DNA of 64,000 nt from an uncultured Cryptobacterium sp. (GCA_958410215.1 CATYOF010000012.1:2238-66237), one strand, 5' to 3'; positions 50,819 to 61,246 are shown, counted from the stretch's first letter. A program made the numbers and translations. Notes: generated by a model from the sequence alone, not told the origin.

Positions 50819-52408
50819 TTAGTTATGAGTAATAATGCAGGTTCCTGTGGAGAGGTTTTCATAAAACCATTTTGCATCTTTCAAGGACAAGTTGACGCAT
50901 CCATGACTACCGTTAGTTTTGTACCGTGATCCGCCAAAAGAAGCTTGCCAGGTAGCATCATGCAAACCAACCGAATTCCCCACAAAAGGCATCCAGTATT
51001 CAACAGGAGTTTCGTAATCAATTTCGCCATTAGGCTTATACCCCGTCAAAGTTGATGGACTCTGCTTTCCATTAAGGTAATACACACCCGTGGGAGTTGC
51101 TCTGTCTGCCGTAGGAAGACCGGAAACAATACCGCACGAATGCAAAAGCTTGCCATCTGCATTGTAATAGCGTGCTTTCTGTTCAGACAAATCTACATCT
51201 ACATACGCGCCCCAGTCACGCTTTCCAGCACCATTATATTGACCACCCGACTGCGAACAGGGAATATCAATACTTTCAGCACCACCTTTAGACATGGTAT
51301 CGTACACCGTATCCGCCAAAGAAGACGTGTCTACCTTCCAGCCATAGGTGCCACCGGAAACGGTACACTTTTTGCCATCTTCGCGCGTCCACGTACGCTT
51401 TGTGCCTACGGTATTCATACCTTCAGTAGCTTCATCCACCCACGCAGCCAAAACATCTTTATCAAGCTTTGGCTGAAAATCTTCTGGATCAATATAGAGC
51501 CACTCAGCAATAGTGGGCTTATCTATCGTGGCTGCTTTTACTGATTCGTTTAAAGTAAGGGTTACCGCATTAGGGTACAGTTCTTCTACCTTCTGTAATG
51601 CCTGCAAAGAACGTGGATCTGCAGCGGATACTGTCGGCATAATAAAATCGTCCTGCAAAACCTCGCATTCGGTACGCATAGATTTAACGGCTTCTCCTGC
51701 TTTAGCTAGAAGTTTTTCAGCGTCAATTTGTGTGCCATACACTTCAGGAACAAGTGTGTAGGCCCCTTCATCTTCATCGTAGGCAAAATGGGCGTTTTCA
51801 GAAACAGTTTGAGATTTGTTGAATTCTTTGATTTGTTCATTCAACACATCAGCCAGTCCGGCCTCATCATAAGATGCCACTACCACATCGGAAATATCAT
51901 GTGTTTGAAACACTTCAATTGGCCACAAAGCAATATCTTGTGCTTTGGTAGTATCTTCAGCAATCTTGTGAGGATCAATGCTAATTGCAGTTTCACCCTG
52001 TTCAAAGGTATAAGAAAAACCTTCACCTTCAATGGAAAGCGAATATGTATCTGCCTGGTTTTGAATCTGAGTGGCAAGAGCATCACTTGGCTGGAATGAT
52101 AAATCCTTGTCGTTCAAAACTGTATTTGGGAAGAAGTGAGACGAAAAGAACAGGGCACCGCCGCCATATACTGCAGCCAAAAGCGCAACCACCACTCCCA
52201 CAATAATAAGTGCGCGTTTTTTGGCAGATTTAGAACGTGGTGCAGACACAGCACCTCCCTGTACACCTCCCTGTGCAAAACCAACTTGGGCACCACGCGA
52301 CGGAGGCGTTTGCTTTATGCCCTCCTGTTTAAAGGAAGTAGTTTTATCAACAGCAGATGAATGCTTGCCTCTATTTTGTGCGGAAGAAGAATTCTTTTTA
52401 TCCCTCAT
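50819..52408 (-). CDS. L,D-transpeptidase family protein (membrane anchor, PG-binding repeats, YkuD domain)
   Basis: One TM; C-terminal TPTGVY, YWMPF, GLHDATW...GSHGCVN (HXX14-17[S/T]HGChN). Confidence 0.92.
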   Translation of the reverse strand: MRDKKNSSSAQNRGKHSSAVDKTTSFKQEGIKQTPPSRGAQVGFAQGGVQGGAVSAPRSKSAKKRALIIVGVVVALLAAVYGGGALFFSSHFFPNTVLNDKDLSFQPSDALATQIQNQADTYSLSIEGEGFSYTFEQGETAISIDPHKIAEDTTKAQDIALWPIEVFQTHDISDVVVASYDEAGLADVLNEQIKEFNKSQTVSENAHFAYDEDEGAYTLVPEVYGTQIDAEKLLAKAGEAVKSMRTECEVLQDDFIMPTVSAADPRSLQALQKVEELYPNAVTLTLNESVKAATIDKPTIAEWLYIDPEDFQPKLDKDVLAAWVDEATEGMNTVGTKRTWTREDGKKCTVSGGTYGWKVDTSSLADTVYDTMSKGGAESIDIPCSQSGGQYNGAGKRDWGAYVDVDLSEQKARYYNADGKLLHSCGIVSGLPTADRATPTGVYYLNGKQSPSTLTGYKPNGEIDYETPVEYWMPFVGNSVGLHDATWQASFGGSRYKTNGSHGCVNLSLKDAKWFYENLSTGTCIITHN

Positions 52409-52739
52409 AGTTGCTTTCTTTTCCGAGAAAAACCTTTTCTGAAGTAGTGTAACAAGAAACCTATTTAGTTTACTTCTCTTGTTCCTAAAGGGCTAGAAAA
52501 ACTTAGAAGTTTATTAAGATTTAAAGCAAAATGTTACAATAAACCGGCGTTGTTCGGTTTATTGAGATTTGATAGATACAGCCTCAAACTCCCATAGCCC
52601 CTGCCATCAATAACTAGTATTCAGTTTTATCGATAACCACATGCATTGTAAAAAGTTTCTAAACTTTTACTATTAATTCGTTGCTTTTCGCAGATAAATC
52701 AAGGATTTATTTAAACCATACACAGAAAGGAAACTCCCC

Positions 52740-53594
52740 ATGGCTCAGGTACTATCTAAGAAGACGCTTGCTCTTGTAGGAGCGTGCCTTCTTGCAGCAC
52801 TTCTTTCCCTCGTAGCTTTTACCGGCTGCTCATCAGATTCTGGCAGCCAGGAGTCTTCTGAGGATAAAACTATTACGGTAGCTGCAAGCCCCACCCCTCA
52901 TGCTGAAATTCTTAACAATGCCGTAAAGCCTATCCTTGAAAAAGAAGGCTATACCTTGGAAGTTAAGGAATTCACTGACTATGTTCAGCCTAACACGGTA
53001 ACGGAAGCAGGTGAAGTTGACGCTAACTATTTTCAGCATCGTCCTTACCTTGAAAATTTCAATGCGGAACAGGGTACTCATTTAGTAGAAGTTGCAGGCG
53101 TTCATTTTGAGCCTATGGGAATTTTCTCTTCCAACCTTAAGTCTATTGATGATGTAGCCGATGGTGCTACCGTAGCAGTTCCTAACGATGCCACCAACGA
53201 AGCTCGCGCACTTCTGCTTCTTGAACAGGAAGGCTTGATTGAAGTTGATGACGAAGCTGGCATTAACGCAACTATCAACGACATTACCTCCAACCCCAAA
53301 GATCTTGAATTCAAAGAGCTTGAAGCTGCAAACCTTCCCAATGTTCTTCAGGATGTTGATATTGCCGTAATCAATGGCAACTATGCACTTGCCGCAGACT
53401 TCACCATGGATGACGCATTAGCAGTAGAAGCAAACGATTCCTTGGCTGCAGAAACCTATACTAACGTTGTGGTAGTAAAAGACGGAAACCAGGATTCCGA
53501 AAAGATCAAGGCTCTTGCTGAAGCTTGCAACTCCGATGAGGTTCGCGACTACATCACCGATAACTATCAGGGCTCTGTTGTAGCGGTATTCTAA
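52740..53594 (+). CDS. metQ: MetQ/NlpA family ABC substrate-binding lipoprotein
   Basis: Lipobox FTGC; PTPHAEIL, FTDYVQPN, DANYFQH.PYL, PND.TN..RAL, INGNYA. Confidence 0.88.
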   Translation: MAQVLSKKTLALVGACLLAALLSLVAFTGCSSDSGSQESSEDKTITVAASPTPHAEILNNAVKPILEKEGYTLEVKEFTDYVQPNTVTEAGEVDANYFQHRPYLENFNAEQGTHLVEVAGVHFEPMGIFSSNLKSIDDVADGATVAVPNDATNEARALLLLEQEGLIEVDDEAGINATINDITSNPKDLEFKELEAANLPNVLQDVDIAVINGNYALAADFTMDDALAVEANDSLAAETYTNVVVVKDGNQDSEKIKALAEACNSDEVRDYITDNYQGSVVAVF

Positions 53595-53620
53595 AATCTG
53601 ACCACCTTAGCAAATTGAGT

Positions 53621-53650
53621 AATAAGGCACCCATGAGGGTGCCTTATTTT
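53621..53650. terminator. Bidirectional terminator after metQ
   Basis: AATAAGGCACCC-ATGA-GGGTGCCTTATTTT. Confidence 0.75.
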
Positions 53651-53717
53651 ATTGCAAAACATTAGCTGGGACTAAAAGAAAGTCCAGTCAAAATTGCTGG
53701 GCTTTCAACCTGATATC

Positions 53718-54788
53718 CTAACGCTTATTTTCTATATGCCCAATATTCTTTAGCTCAATCGATATAAGACCATTGGGCGTGCTGGCAAACTCGATAAAGT
53801 CAGGATTGTTGGCATATTCGGAAGGAAATGTTATTTCAATTCCGGTATCGGTTCGAATTTTATGGTTGCGCGTAATACGTTCTGCCGCTTTCTTTTCCAC
53901 TCGAACACGCTCAGGAATTTGCTCCTCTGCTGTGCAAGCTACAAATCGCTCGCGCAAAGGTTCATCTTCGAAAACTTCCTGTGCTAAATCAAACGGCGCA
54001 ATGTCAGCTTCTTCACCCTCTTCTGCCGCATCGCATACATAAGCCTTAGCCTTTGAAAGCGCAACGACAGGATCGGCTCCATATTCCGTTGCAACCTCTT
54101 CCACTATGCGCGACAGTTCATCAATCACTTCCTTGCTTGAGGCCTGCATAGAACACTGCAGCAAGCCATCAGGAATAAGATAGCGTTCCTCCCCCGCAAT
54201 CACGCGTTTTTTATCCTGAAAAGCAACTTCCATAGAACGCATATTAATCACCGCAAACGAACTAATTTTTTGGGAAGGATTAGGCAAAATGGCATGATGG
54301 CGTTCAATTTCATTGCAAGGTTGTCCATCATCGCCATAGGCAATGGAATGCATAAACGCCTGACGGCTTTCCAGCAGGAAAATTCCAAAGTAGCGATTCA
54401 CGCGACCTTCGAACGATGCGGTAACCGCCTCTTCGTCGGAACTACCTCCCTGCAACTGTTCTTCCTCTTCGAAATCAACCACTAAAAGGTCGGTCGATTC
54501 GGATTTAGACATACGCCCTAATTCGGTAGAGATAAATTCCGCAATTTGTACCGATAAGTCTATAAAGTTACGCTGTCCCGCAAAGTAAGCCTGTAACTCA
54601 GTCGCAAACATGCTATCGGGCGCAAATTCACCGCGTTTGTTGTCAATATTTCCAAATGCCTTTTTAACATGTTTGGATACATATCCCTTAATCAGACGGC
54701 TCTCAAGATCAAGCTCTCCCTGAGAAAACACATTCACACACGACGTGAAATCAAAAACGTGCAAAATAGCATGATTGATGCGAAGCAT
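53718..54788 (-). CDS. Nucleoid-associated protein (NA37/YejK-like family)
   Basis: I..AILHVFD N-terminus, LP.PSQK, C-terminal KI.TDTGIEI.FP.EY...NG.ISI..KNI..I.N. Confidence 0.75.
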   Translation of the reverse strand: MLRINHAILHVFDFTSCVNVFSQGELDLESRLIKGYVSKHVKKAFGNIDNKRGEFAPDSMFATELQAYFAGQRNFIDLSVQIAEFISTELGRMSKSESTDLLVVDFEEEEQLQGGSSDEEAVTASFEGRVNRYFGIFLLESRQAFMHSIAYGDDGQPCNEIERHHAILPNPSQKISSFAVINMRSMEVAFQDKKRVIAGEERYLIPDGLLQCSMQASSKEVIDELSRIVEEVATEYGADPVVALSKAKAYVCDAAEEGEEADIAPFDLAQEVFEDEPLRERFVACTAEEQIPERVRVEKKAAERITRNHKIRTDTGIEITFPSEYANNPDFIEFASTPNGLISIELKNIGHIENKR

Positions 54789-54984
54789 ACGTATCCTTTC
54801 GAAATAACAGCAGGAATTACCATACACCAAGACCTATCAAGGGTGAACTTCCGTTTTAATTTTCCTACTACAATTTACTACCGTTGCCATTCCCCAACTA
54901 GACCTATCCCTCCTGTTGTCAGTTGACAACCTAAGCCATTCTAACGTTATCAGCCGGAAATCCAAGTTATACCAATCTCAACAT

Positions 54985-55012
54985 TTGACAGCCCGAAGTA
55001 AGCGAGTAGAAT
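54985..55012 (+). promoter_or_regulatory. ssrA promoter
   Basis: TTGACA-16-TAGAAT about 70 nt upstream of the mature 5' end. Confidence 0.7.
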
Positions 55013-55083
55013 AAATCTTCCACAACGCACTTTTACAAGGGAATAGTTGTTTTTCTAACAGCAATTTCCCATTGATTTTCAAT

Positions 55084-55454
55084 GGGGGCGACTGGTTTCG
55101 ACATGGTAAGTCGGATTCGAGGAGCAGGTCGTGGTCTCCTCGCCACGTTAAACAGGGGTAAAGTCAAGTTAATTGGCAAAACTAATACTCAGAGCGCTCC
55201 TGCGCTCGCCATGGCTGCTTAATTAATGCCTGGCTGTCAACCTGGTGAATTTCCCCGCCACTGGGAAGGCATTATCTTAGGGGAACGCTCTTTGGCACGT
55301 AGCTGGTATGGCCAAAGCTAAGATTGAACCCGCTAGAATACTCTGTGGCCTGTCGGTGGGCTTGGATTATTCGAAACTTAAACATCGACTAAGCTTGTAG
55401 TGCCTTGCTGATGATTTAGTATGGACCGGAGTTCGATTCTCCGCGCCTCCACCA
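55084..55454 (+). ncRNA. ssrA: tmRNA; tag reading frame 55175-55222 encodes (A)GKTNTQSAPALAMAA*
   Basis: 5' GGGGGCG pairs with 3' CGCCTCC-ACCA including G3-U; GGTTTCGAC; T-arm GGAGTTCGATTCTCC; tag ends in AA-stop. Confidence 0.96.
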
Positions 55455-55511
55455 GAGTAGGAAGCGTCGAACTTTTCTCAAAAATCGATTCGCCGCTTTA
55501 CTTATATTATT

Positions 55512-55538
55512 AGGGACATCCAATGGATGTCCCTTTTT
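55512..55538 (+). terminator. Terminator after ssrA
   Basis: AGGGACATCCA-A-TGGATGTCCCT-TTTT. Confidence 0.8.
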
Positions 55539-55576
55539 ATGTCTATTTTTGATTGTTTGCGAAAACAATAATCGCT

Positions 55577-56359
55577 CTAGGCAAAATCAAATGAAATATA
55601 AGCAAGTCCCTTTTCGAGCGAATTGCCGCCAGCATCTTTTGCGTAGGTCCATTCATAAACAGAACCGCCTTCATACGTTAAACCAGACCCCTCTTCGGCC
55701 TTTGGATCGTTAAATATTTCTTCTACTTCATCGATAGGATACGTGTTATAGCCAAACACTTCCGCAATCATTTCTGAAGCGCCCACTGCATCCTCAGCGT
55801 CAACACAATACAATCCCATGGAACCATACATACCAGTTGCAGGCATTACTTGAATTGAAAGGAAATCACCGCCATAACGATCATCTACGGCATCAGCATC
55901 TTTAAAGTAGTAGCGCCAACCGCCCCCATCTTCGAGTATCTCAATGAATTCAAGACCTAGATCGTACTTTGCATTGATGCGATCAACCAAATCTTGAATT
56001 TCTGGCGTTGGGGCTTGCCAGTCATCAATTGCGGAAGTATCGAATGTTCTATATCCGTTAGTAGCTGAAGAACGCCAGTCGGGATCAATCGTGCCATATC
56101 CTGAAGAGGAACTAGACGTAGAGCTAGAGTTTGCAGAAAAACCCGCTTCATCGTCACGAGACGTATCATCATCAAGCATAGCATCGTTTTCGTATGTTTC
56201 TTCCTCATCTGTATAAGAAGAATCAGAACTAGAAGATGAGCTGCTTTTCCCAGAAGAAGCACCAGAAGTTAAAGCTCCTGTACAACCACTAAGACCAGCT
56301 ATTAAAAACAACGCAACAAAAAGAACAAGCAGTGGTTCTATAAGCTTTGTTTTAATCAT
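55577..56359 (-). CDS. Hypothetical lipoprotein with Ser/acidic low-complexity linker
   Basis: Signal peptide with lipobox LSGC, poly-Ser tracts, acidic globular C-terminal domain; AAAGGA SD. Confidence 0.75.
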   Translation of the reverse strand: MIKTKLIEPLLVLFVALFLIAGLSGCTGALTSGASSGKSSSSSSSDSSYTDEEETYENDAMLDDDTSRDDEAGFSANSSSTSSSSSGYGTIDPDWRSSATNGYRTFDTSAIDDWQAPTPEIQDLVDRINAKYDLGLEFIEILEDGGGWRYYFKDADAVDDRYGGDFLSIQVMPATGMYGSMGLYCVDAEDAVGASEMIAEVFGYNTYPIDEVEEIFNDPKAEEGSGLTYEGGSVYEWTYAKDAGGNSLEKGLAYISFDFA

Positions 56360-56556
56360 TGAATGTCCTTTTCCGCTGCAGTAAACCTAAACTTATTAGA
56401 ACAATTTAACGTATTTAACAATGGAATTACATGCCCTTTTGTAATGATTTATCGCAACGAGTAGCTCAGAAAACTTGATGTAAGAATCACCGTTATTCGT
56501 TACCCGCAATAGAACAAAACTAATATCCGCAATGAAACAAACTAAATAGGTGAAGC

Positions 56557-57348
56557 ATGTCTCTCTTTTATCTCCCAGGTTGCAAATTCACAAAATACAA
56601 CCCTACCGCAAGCGACAAACTTGCTTACTTTTGCGAATCTTACTTAGACGCTCAAGTATTGGGATGTTGCAGTAAAGATTTCAATGCACCAAAACCTGGC
56701 GATACGGTTTTGTATGTCTGCCCCACCTGTGCACTAATCATGAAGGAATCAAATCCCTCTGCAAAACTTAAAAGCGTCTACGAAGCCGTACTTGAATATG
56801 AAGAACTACTTAAAAGAACAGTTGGTCACACTAACAAAGTTGGTAACAACACATTGAACAACGCAACCAGCAACGCCATTCAAACTAAACCATCTTTTCA
56901 CTGGATAGACTTAAAAAAGAAAGCAATAACTATACAGGACTGTTGGCGATCAAGAACAGACCTTGACCTTCAGTTGGCTATTCGCAAAGTTTTATTCAAA
57001 ATGAACACAACCATCGTTGAATTAGATAGCAATTTCGATAAAGCAGATTTCTGCGGTTTAAGTCTTTTAAAAGAACCTTCTCCGCGTTATGAATGGCTTG
57101 CACCCAATCTCTTTCATGATCCGATATTCAAGCCACAGGAACCCGACGAGCAAATCCAATTACTCAGCAATCATGCTCAGCAATACACAACTTCTACCAT
57201 AGGCTGCTATTGCACTGGTTGCATTGAAGGTATAGATAGAATGAATGCTATCTTTTCTTCTGGAGAAACTAACAAAAGCAACGCCAAAAGACTTGAACCT
57301 ATCCATATAGCAAGTCTCTTGGCACAGTCAATTGAACTTTCGAATTGA
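56557..57348 (+). CDS. Cys-rich CCG-like (Fe-S-binding) protein
   Basis: LPGC...GCC...CPTC and QDCW...FCG...YCTGC: two CCG-like half-domains. Confidence 0.65.
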   Translation: MSLFYLPGCKFTKYNPTASDKLAYFCESYLDAQVLGCCSKDFNAPKPGDTVLYVCPTCALIMKESNPSAKLKSVYEAVLEYEELLKRTVGHTNKVGNNTLNNATSNAIQTKPSFHWIDLKKKAITIQDCWRSRTDLDLQLAIRKVLFKMNTTIVELDSNFDKADFCGLSLLKEPSPRYEWLAPNLFHDPIFKPQEPDEQIQLLSNHAQQYTTSTIGCYCTGCIEGIDRMNAIFSSGETNKSNAKRLEPIHIASLLAQSIELSN

Positions 57349-57440
57349 ACTTTCGTAGCCTACTTGCAAAATTGAGGCCAGATGAAGTTTGATCATTATT
57401 ACGGTTATTCTCTTCATCCAAAAAACAAACCAAGGAAGCG

Positions 57441-57482
57441 AAAAAAAAAGAAAAAGTGCTGGCCAATTAATGACCAGCACTT
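57441..57482 (-). terminator. Intrinsic terminator after ppdK
   Basis: AAGTGCTGGTCA...TGGCCAGCACTT with long T run on the minus strand. Confidence 0.75.
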
Positions 57483-57541
57483 CCATTTAACAAATCAGAC
57501 TTTACGAGACGCTATGAAACGTTACGAAAACCTGATGAAAA

Positions 57542-60262
57542 CTACTTGTCAGCCAATGCAGCCTGAGCAGCAGCCAAACGTGCCAAAGGTACACGATAAG
57601 GAGAGCAGCTTACATAATCCAGACCGATGCCGTAGAAGGTCTTAACAGAATCAGGATCGCCACCATGTTCGCCGCAAACACCGCAAACAATGTCGGGGTT
57701 ACCCTGGTGACCAAGCTCAACACCCATCTTAACCAGCTTAGCAACACCAGGATCGACGGTTGCGAAGGGGTTATAAGGCAAGATGCGCTCTGCCAAGTAC
57801 TGAGGAATAAATTCAGCCTCAACGTCGTCACGAGAGAAGCCAAACGTTGTCTGGGTAAGGTCATTGGTACCGAAGCTGAAGAAGTCTGCCTGAGTTGCAA
57901 TTTCATCAGCAGTTACTGCAGCACGAGGAAGCTCGATCATGGTACCTACCGGAATCTCAAGTTCAACACCCTGTTCTTCAGCAACTTCAGCAATAACACG
58001 CTCTGCAAGTTCACGAAGCTTAGCAAGTTCAGGAACAACAGAAACCAAAGGAATCATAATTTCAGGCTTAGGATCAAGACCTTCCTTCTTCAACTGAGCA
58101 GCCGCAGTTGCGATTGCGCGAACCTGCATTTCAGGAAGGATAGGGAACTTGATAGCCAAACGGCAACCACGAAGACCAAGCATGGGGTTAGCCTCAGAGA
58201 AGCCATCGATCTGTTCCATAAGCTTGCGCTTCTTTTCGATGACATCAGGATCGCCACCAGATGCTTCCAAGCGAGCAATCTCAACATCTAATGTACGAGC
58301 GCTTTCTAGGAACTCATGCAGTGGTGGGTCAAGCAAACGAACGATAACAGGATAGCCGTCCATTGCCTTAAACATACCCAAGAAGTCGCCCGTCTGAGCC
58401 TTAAACAAATCATCAACAGCCTTTTCGCGAACTGCTTCATCTTCATTAAGAATGAAGGTCTGGATGATCTGCTTACGATCGCCCAAGAACATATGCTCGG
58501 TACGGCAAAGACCAATACCCTGAGCACCAAACTTGCGAGCTGTTGCGGCATCTTCTGGGTTATCAGCATTAGCGCGAACACCCATGGTACGGAATTCGTC
58601 TGCCCATTCAAGAATGGTATCCAGATCGCCAGCCATTTCAGGCTCAACAAGCTCTACAGCGCCAAGAACAACAATACCGGTGGTACCGTCCAAGGAAATC
58701 ATGTCGCCTTCCTTGATAACAATATCGGTACCAGAAATTGCTGCCTGCTTTGCTTCAGCGTCAATCTTTAAGGTATCAACACCGCAAACACAAGGAGCAC
58801 CCATACCACGAGCAATAACAGCAGCGTGAGAAGTCTTACCACCGTGAGAAGTCAAAATACCTTCAGCAGCAATCATGCCTGCCAAGTCATCTGGAGTGGT
58901 TTCCCAACGTACCAAAACCGTCTTGCGACCTTCCTTGGCAGCTTCAACAGCAGCCTCAGAAGAGAACACTGCCTCGCCTACTGCAGCACCAGGAGAAGCA
59001 TTCAGGCCCTTAGCTACTACATCGTAGTCAGCCTTGGTGTCGAACTGAGGATGGAGCAGCTGATCAAGCTGTTCAGGATCAACACGCTGCACTGCCTCTT
59101 CCTTAGTAATGAGGCCTTCCTTTTCCATCTCAATAGCAATGTGAAGTGCAGCCTGTGCGGTACGCTTACCAACGCGAGTCTGAAGCATCCAAAGCTTGCC
59201 CTGTTCGATAGTGAACTCAATGTCGCACATATCACGGAAGTGGTTTTCAAGAATGGTGAATACTTCTTCAAGTTCACGACCAGCTTCTTCAAGACCTTCA
59301 ACATGCTTAAGGTCAGAAATAGGGCTGGTATTACGAATACCAGCAACTACGTCTTCGCCCTGAGCATTTACCAGGTAGTCACCGTAGAATTCTTTTTCAC
59401 CAGTAGCAGGGTTACGGGTAAAGGCAACACCTGTTGCAGACGTATTGCCCTTGTTACCAAAGATCATCGACTGAACATTAACCGCAGTGCCAAGATCATC
59501 AGAAATCTTGTTCTGCTTACGATAAAGAATGGCGCGTGGATTATTCCAAGAACCAAATACTGCTTCAATTGCTAAACGAAGCTGTACATCAGGATCCTGA
59601 GGGAACTGCACCTTGCCATCAACCACCAAAGAAGGATATTCATCAGCGCTTACATTGTCGGTGAAGATACCCTTGAACACCTCTACAAGCTGTTCAAGAT
59701 CTTCCGCGTTCAAATCGGTGTCAGATTCTACGCCACGTTCGCGCTTCATGATGTTGATAGCATTTTCAAACAGATCACCATCAAGACCCATTACCACGTT
59801 GGAGAACATTTGAATAAAGCGACGATAAGAGTCCCATGCAAAGCGAGGATTTTCCGTCTGCTTAATTAAGCCGTGGATGGATTTGTCGTTAAGACCCAAG
59901 TTCAATACGGTGTCCATCATGCCAGGCATTGACATTGGTGCGCCGGAGCGAACAGATACCAGCAGTGGATCTTCAGGATCGCCAATCTTCTTGCCGATAC
60001 GAGCTTCAAGATCTTCACGATACTCTTCGATAGTGTCCAGAACTCCCTCAGGCCAGGTGTTGTTGGAGTTTGCATACTCCATGCAAGTCTGGCAAGAAAT
60101 AGTGAATCCGGGAGGGACAGGAAGGCCGATGATTGCCATTTCAGCAAGGTTTGCGCCCTTACCACCAAGAATGGCCTTCATGTTGGTGTTGCCTTCAGTA
60201 ACGTTCTTACCATTTGCGTCCTTACCGAAAGCATAGACGCGCTTTACTTGGTCAGTCACCAT
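57542..60262 (-). CDS. ppdK: Pyruvate, phosphate dikinase
   Basis: GGKGANLAEM, SVRSGA..SMPGMMDT, GGKTSHAAV, GLCRTEHMF, SFGTNDLTQ, CGEHGGDP. Confidence 0.98.
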   Translation of the reverse strand: MVTDQVKRVYAFGKDANGKNVTEGNTNMKAILGGKGANLAEMAIIGLPVPPGFTISCQTCMEYANSNNTWPEGVLDTIEEYREDLEARIGKKIGDPEDPLLVSVRSGAPMSMPGMMDTVLNLGLNDKSIHGLIKQTENPRFAWDSYRRFIQMFSNVVMGLDGDLFENAINIMKRERGVESDTDLNAEDLEQLVEVFKGIFTDNVSADEYPSLVVDGKVQFPQDPDVQLRLAIEAVFGSWNNPRAILYRKQNKISDDLGTAVNVQSMIFGNKGNTSATGVAFTRNPATGEKEFYGDYLVNAQGEDVVAGIRNTSPISDLKHVEGLEEAGRELEEVFTILENHFRDMCDIEFTIEQGKLWMLQTRVGKRTAQAALHIAIEMEKEGLITKEEAVQRVDPEQLDQLLHPQFDTKADYDVVAKGLNASPGAAVGEAVFSSEAAVEAAKEGRKTVLVRWETTPDDLAGMIAAEGILTSHGGKTSHAAVIARGMGAPCVCGVDTLKIDAEAKQAAISGTDIVIKEGDMISLDGTTGIVVLGAVELVEPEMAGDLDTILEWADEFRTMGVRANADNPEDAATARKFGAQGIGLCRTEHMFLGDRKQIIQTFILNEDEAVREKAVDDLFKAQTGDFLGMFKAMDGYPVIVRLLDPPLHEFLESARTLDVEIARLEASGGDPDVIEKKRKLMEQIDGFSEANPMLGLRGCRLAIKFPILPEMQVRAIATAAAQLKKEGLDPKPEIMIPLVSVVPELAKLRELAERVIAEVAEEQGVELEIPVGTMIELPRAAVTADEIATQADFFSFGTNDLTQTTFGFSRDDVEAEFIPQYLAERILPYNPFATVDPGVAKLVKMGVELGHQGNPDIVCGVCGEHGGDPDSVKTFYGIGLDYVSCSPYRVPLARLAAAQAALADK

Positions 60263-60298
60263 GTTCTCCTTAGATTAAACTTTTCTTCTTCACGCACA

Positions 60299-61174
60299 TT
60301 AATCAAATTGTGGGTGAGCATTCTCATAATACCGCAAAATCTCTTGCGCTGTTTCTTCGATTGCCCTGTTGTCGGTGCGAATAACAATGCATCCGAGCTT
60401 ACGCATTAAGGATCGAGCGCTTTCCAAATCTTGGTAGACACACTCCAAATCCGCATAAGAAGCAGCCACATTAGTGGCTTTTCCGAGGCGTTTCTTTCGA
60501 ATATCAGCTAAAATTTCCGCGGAAATTATAAGACCAAATAAGCGAGTTGGATCAACTTCAAAAATCTCTTTAGGCGGATCAGATTGGGGGTCGAGCGGCA
60601 CGTTAGCTACCTTGTATCCCATCTGCGAAAGGTAAATGGAAAGGGGAGTTTTCGACGAACGCGACACCCCAATAAGCACAATATCAGCCTTGGTAAGATC
60701 CTGAGGATTGCGCCCATCGTCATGAGAAATAGTAAATTCCATTGCATCGATACGACGGAAATAGTATTCATTGACCGAATGAATTTTTCCTGGCTTTACA
60801 ATGGGATCCTGTCCCGAAGCCTGCGTAAGCGCATCAAGAGCAGGACTCATAGCATCAACCGCAATGATAATATCGTCATTTTTCTTAATGTATTCCTGCA
60901 AGGCATGACGCATATCGGGAGATACCAGCGTATAAAAAAGCACAAAAGGATATTCGCCCAAACGACGATGTAGTGATACATGCGCATCAATTTCTGAAAT
61001 CATTTCCCTTTGTGAACTAACGCGGGGAAGAATTTCTATAGCGGGATCAAATACCTCAAAGCAAGCCGCAGCAGCACGTACCAACCCCTGAGCGGTAGTT
61101 CCTACCGAGTCAGACACAATATGAACCGTAGGTAAGGTCTTGGAGCTTTTACCTTGCAAAATCCACTTTTGCAT
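60299..61174 (-). CDS. PPDK regulatory protein (kinase/pyrophosphorylase, DUF299)
   Basis: VSDSVG.TA, HDDG, GVSRSSKTP, ANVP, IEETA; directly upstream of ppdK; AGGAAGGAG SD. Confidence 0.92.
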   Translation of the reverse strand: MQKWILQGKSSKTLPTVHIVSDSVGTTAQGLVRAAAACFEVFDPAIEILPRVSSQREMISEIDAHVSLHRRLGEYPFVLFYTLVSPDMRHALQEYIKKNDDIIIAVDAMSPALDALTQASGQDPIVKPGKIHSVNEYYFRRIDAMEFTISHDDGRNPQDLTKADIVLIGVSRSSKTPLSIYLSQMGYKVANVPLDPQSDPPKEIFEVDPTRLFGLIISAEILADIRKKRLGKATNVAASYADLECVYQDLESARSLMRKLGCIVIRTDNRAIEETAQEILRYYENAHPQFD

Positions 61175-61246
61175 TGTTCTCCTTCCTCTATAAAACTCTA
61201 CAGAAACAAAAAGCGGCCCTTGTTGCAAGAGCCGCCTGATTAAACG

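Noticed and set aside
55485..55496. TCGATTCGCCGC resembling the ssrA 3' end (possible attR)
   Set aside because: Only 11 of 12 nt, lacks the acceptor/CCA part, and no integrase is present
57382..57645. 87-aa Lys-rich ORF
   Set aside because: Poly-Lys derives from the A tract of the ppdK terminator, and the ORF overlaps the ppdK 3' end
57665..59575. Long + strand ORFs (208, 151 and 249 aa) antisense to ppdK
   Set aside because: Same codon-bias shadow effect; broken by stops and lacking motifs
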